NCBI GenBank assembly: GCA_963718495.1
Contig: OY970353.1
Location: forward strand, 3,474,988-3,538,987
From: an uncultured Solirubrobacterales bacterium
Lineage (GTDB): Bacteria; Actinomycetota; Thermoleophilia; Solirubrobacterales; Thermoleophilaceae
Direction: 5' to 3'
DNA: 64,000 bases
This document shows, in pieces, positions 60,894-64,000 of this stretch (position 1 is its first letter; each line of letters opens with the position of its first letter). The translations under genes were made by a program, and so were the position numbers. A model generated the notes under the pieces. That model had not been told where the DNA came from. It searched no databases and saw nothing but the letters and a program-made list of their open reading frames with translations.

Positions 60894-61763
60894 GTGGCTG
60901 CAGCCGACCTCCGCATTCCAGTCGCCCAGGGCGGCGAGCTGGCCGCCACGCTCGACGGTCCGGGCGACGCGCAGGCCTGTGTGGTGCTCGGCCACGGTTT
61001 CGGCCTGCCGCGCCAGACCGGCACCGATCCGGTCGCCGCGGCGCTGGCGCAGGCGGGCGTCGCGACGCTGCGCTTCGACTACCGCCACATCAACGCCGGC
61101 AGCGGCGCCGAGCCGCGCCAGCTGATCACGGCGCCCGTCCAGCGCCAGGACTGGCGCGCCGCGCTCGCCCACGCCCGCAGGGACTTCACCCGTATCGGGA
61201 TCTGGGGCTACTCGTTCGGCGGCGCGCGGGCAATCGAGATGATCGCGGAGGACCCACGCATCGCAGCGGGCGTGGCCCGCTGCCCGAACAGCAACGTGTT
61301 CGCGACGATGGTCAACCTCGGGCTTGCGCGCTTTTGCAAGATCGCGGCGCTCGGCACGCGAGACGAGATCGCAGCGCGCCGCGGACGGCCGCCGGTCACC
61401 GCGCCGATCGCCGACCGCGCCCACGCCGCAGCCATCTTCTACGGCGACCAGGCCGATCGCTACCTCGCAGCCGTCCCCGACGGGACCGCCTTCGTCAACG
61501 AGTACTGCACACGGATGCTGCTACAGACCGCCCACCTGTGGGCGGGCCGGCTCGGCGGACGGATCAACGCCCCGATGCTCGTCGTGGTCGGCCGCTCGGA
61601 CGAGGTCACCCCCGCCGCGAACGCGCTGCGCTTCGCCCGCAAGGCCGGCGCCGAGACGCTCGAGTACGACGGCGACCACTTCACCGCCTTCCTCGACGAG
61701 TCGACCGGCGAGCGCGTGGTGGCGGCCGAGGCCGAGTTCCTCGCCCGTAAACTCGCCGGCTGA
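60894..61763 (+). CDS. alpha/beta hydrolase
   Basis: GTG start. Nucleophile elbow GYSFGG; C-terminal GRSDEVT and GDHF. Confidence 0.7.
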   Translation: MAAADLRIPVAQGGELAATLDGPGDAQACVVLGHGFGLPRQTGTDPVAAALAQAGVATLRFDYRHINAGSGAEPRQLITAPVQRQDWRAALAHARRDFTRIGIWGYSFGGARAIEMIAEDPRIAAGVARCPNSNVFATMVNLGLARFCKIAALGTRDEIAARRGRPPVTAPIADRAHAAAIFYGDQADRYLAAVPDGTAFVNEYCTRMLLQTAHLWAGRLGGRINAPMLVVVGRSDEVTPAANALRFARKAGAETLEYDGDHFTAFLDESTGERVVAAEAEFLARKLAG

Positions 61764-61803
61764 GCCCTACCGTCCTGCCCCAGGGTGCCAGGAGCAACCT
61801 GAG

Positions 61804-63387
61804 TCAGGACGACAGGCGGATTCCGGCCGCGCGAAGCTCCGCTCGGAGGCGCCGGGGGTTCCGGCGCAACGGGGAGGCAGCGACGGCGACGGCCCCGACC
61901 CGCCCGCGCCGGATCACGACCACCAGGGAAGAGCCGCGGACGACGAAGACGCCTGGGCCCACCGAGCGCTCGCCACGCAGCGCCCGCAACGCCCGCCCAC
62001 GGCCGAGGCCAACCCGCACCGACCGCGCCCTGTACCCGCCAGCCGTCGCTGCCAGAAGAACGGCGCGCGCCCGAGCATCGAAGCGAGCCCGCAGCGCACC
62101 ACCCCCCGCCACGCACCACCGCAACGTCCGACCCCGCGAAGCCGTCGCGGGCCCAAGCCGTCGGCGCAGCAGAGCCCGCGACGCCCCGAGCCGCGCGGAG
62201 CCGACCGCGGAGCCGGAGATCCGCGCGCGGGACGCCAGGCAACGAGGAGCCGGCGGCGGTAGATCAGCTCCGAACCGCTCCATCAACCGCCGGTACTCGA
62301 AGAACGCGGGCTTGGGCGAGTAGTCGTCCCGCAGTAACCCCACGGCCGCGAACAGATCGCTGCCCGTCGACAGGTTGTCGCGCAGGTTGAACCAGCGGTA
62401 CTCGGTCACACCGAGCGTTCCCGACACCCTCGCCACCTCCTCGACGCTCGACCGCACGTCTGCTGCCTGACCCTCGCCCGTGCGGCGGTTCGGACCCGTT
62501 GAATAGCCGTTCTCGCTGACCCACAGCGCCGTGGACATCCCGAGCCCGGCCAGCGGCATGTAGCAGCGGCGCAGCACCGCGAGCGACTCGACGACCTCGT
62601 CGCCGACCGTCCTGCCCGGGATGCGCAACGGCGGCCAGACCAGCCCCGGGTAAGCCTGCACGCCGACATACGACAGGGCGCGCCGGAACGCCGGGGACGA
62701 CTGCCTACCGAGCCCGCGCCAGAAGTCGAGGTCGTTCGTGGGCAGCCAGCGCCAGGCGTAGGTGAAGCCCACAGGCAGATCCGAGCGGCCGATCTTGTCG
62801 GCCTCGTCGCGCGCGGCCACGATGCCGCGCGGGATCGCGTCGAGCGCGCCGCGGAACGCGCCGTCGGACGTGTTGGACGAGAGCGGCAGGTTCACCTCGT
62901 TCGTGACCGACAGGGCCACGACGGCCGAGCGCGGCGCGAGGGTGCGGACCGCCGCCCGGACGAAGCCCTCCCAGGCGCCCATGTCGCCCTCCTGCGCCGG
63001 CGCGGGGTGGTAGCGGATCTGGACCTCGCTGGTGAAGCCGGCACGGGCGTAGTGGTCGACGAGGGTGGCGAACCGATCGATGCCGGCCTGCCCGTCGGCC
63101 GAGAACATCCGGTTGAGCCGGAGCACCAGCGCACGGCGTGGAACGGCGAGATCCTTCAGCGCCGCCACCGTCTTCGCCTCGTCGGCCGGCCGCGAAGCGC
63201 CCTGGCCCGCGCCGGCGCTGCCCGCCACCTCGGGCGTGATCCCGAAGCGCAGCGGCTTCGCCGGCAGCGCGGGTTGGAGGTCGGCGTCGTCGGCGGTCAG
63301 GCAGAGCGGGTCGCCGGCCTGCGCCGCGGGCGCGAACGCGCACAGCACGGCGAGTGTCGCGAGAAGGACAGTGAAGCGGCCGGCCAT
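61804..63387 (-). CDS. secreted clan GH-A-like (beta/alpha)8 hydrolase with basic C-terminal module
   Basis: Signal peptide MAGRFTVLLATLAVLCAFAPAAQA. VTNEVN (acid/base-type NE) and VSENGY (nucleophile-type E). The C-terminal 145 aa resemble the tail of the 17544..19923 protein. Confidence 0.55.
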   Translation of the reverse strand: MAGRFTVLLATLAVLCAFAPAAQAGDPLCLTADDADLQPALPAKPLRFGITPEVAGSAGAGQGASRPADEAKTVAALKDLAVPRRALVLRLNRMFSADGQAGIDRFATLVDHYARAGFTSEVQIRYHPAPAQEGDMGAWEGFVRAAVRTLAPRSAVVALSVTNEVNLPLSSNTSDGAFRGALDAIPRGIVAARDEADKIGRSDLPVGFTYAWRWLPTNDLDFWRGLGRQSSPAFRRALSYVGVQAYPGLVWPPLRIPGRTVGDEVVESLAVLRRCYMPLAGLGMSTALWVSENGYSTGPNRRTGEGQAADVRSSVEEVARVSGTLGVTEYRWFNLRDNLSTGSDLFAAVGLLRDDYSPKPAFFEYRRLMERFGADLPPPAPRCLASRARISGSAVGSARLGASRALLRRRLGPATASRGRTLRWCVAGGGALRARFDARARAVLLAATAGGYRARSVRVGLGRGRALRALRGERSVGPGVFVVRGSSLVVVIRRGRVGAVAVAASPLRRNPRRLRAELRAAGIRLSS

Positions 63388-63403
63388 GCGGCGATTGTCG
63401 CTG

Positions 63404-64000
63404 TCAGCTGACGACCGGGCGCCGGTCGGCCCACGGGCGCTCGGCCTCGATCTGCGCGGAGAGTGACAGCAGCGTCGCCTCGTCCGCGGTGCGCCCGATC
63501 AGCGACACGGCGATCGGCAGGCCGTCCTGCGACAACCCGGCGGGCACCGACGCGGCCGGCTGCCCCGTGACGTTCCAGGCCGCCGTGTACGGATAAACCA
63601 TCCCCATGCGGATCACGGCCGAGAGGGCGCTGCGGCCCTCCCACTCCGTGGCGCCGGCCGCGGGCCGCGCGGTCTGCGGGGTGAGCAGCACGTCGCAGTC
63701 GGCGAAGGAGTTGTTGAGGCGCGCGCGGTGGCGCTCCTCGTCGCGGCGCGCCTTCGCGAGCAGCCGGTCGGGGATCAGTGAGCCGAGCTTGGCGAACCCA
63801 CGCGTCCGGCGCGAGAGCCGCTCCGGCCGAGCCATGGCTGCGGCGTCCTGCTGGGTGCCCTTGAGATAGCGAGGGAGCATCGAGCTACCGATGTCGCCGT
63901 ACGAGACCTCGCGCTCGACCACCTCGTGGCCAAGGCCGCGCAGGAGCTCGGCGGTCTCCTCGGTCAACCGGCGCACGTCCTTGTCGATCCGCGCGGGGAG
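63404..64000 (-). CDS. amidase family protein, C-terminal part (N-terminus beyond window)
   Basis: ..YTAAWNVTGQPAASVPAG..DGLPIAVSLIG.. amidase C-terminus. The reading frame stays open to the window end. Confidence 0.75.
   Translation of the reverse strand, partial: LPARIDKDVRRLTEETAELLRGLGHEVVEREVSYGDIGSSMLPRYLKGTQQDAAAMARPERLSRRTRGFAKLGSLIPDRLLAKARRDEERHRARLNNSFADCDVLLTPQTARPAAGATEWEGRSALSAVIRMGMVYPYTAAWNVTGQPAASVPAGLSQDGLPIAVSLIGRTADEATLLSLSAQIEAERPWADRRPVVS

Overview
This is a very GC-rich (by eye, not computed) chromosomal segment of an Actinomycetota-like bacterium. Gene content hints at a deep-branching high-GC lineage such as Thermoleophilia or Rubrobacteria, but that is inference only. 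I can support about 65 protein genes and one tRNA-Thr(TGT). I found no rRNA, CRISPR array, transposase, integrase or phage genes.

Most of the window is housekeeping: topB (partial), gltB-gltD, a lysA-hom-thrC-thrB-nudix operon with overlapping stop/start codons, xseAB, cysS-rlmB, a PBP, lgt, plsC, several acyl-CoA dehydrogenases and a Zn/Mn-type ABC importer.

The points most worth a second look:
1. A Bacillus-type SigH-like sigma factor sits in the Firmicute-style cysS-rlmB-sigH arrangement (57986-60864).
2. A Psp/HtpX envelope-stress neighbourhood (lgt, M23 peptidase, htpX, pspAB, pspAA, pspA) lies inside a roughly 9 kb stretch (29.4-38.2 kb). At least 17 reading-frame disruptions cluster there, while long flanking genes such as the 4.5 kb gltB are intact.
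3. An ECF sigma, an RskA-like anti-sigma and a rhomboid protease form an apparent operon.
4. An unassigned basic C-terminal module is shared by two unrelated secreted enzymes.
5. There are candidate operators: a Fur/Zur-like 7-1-7 palindrome centred on a start codon, a 16-nt perfect palindrome upstream of an ACAD gene, and a 22-nt inverted repeat pair upstream of an MFS-TetR operon.
6. A structured, AT-richer spacer carries nested inverted repeats and a Shine-Dalgarno-preceded mini-ORF.

I did not see a clear novel multi-gene system such as a defence island. All family assignments come from reading motifs by eye; no searches were run.
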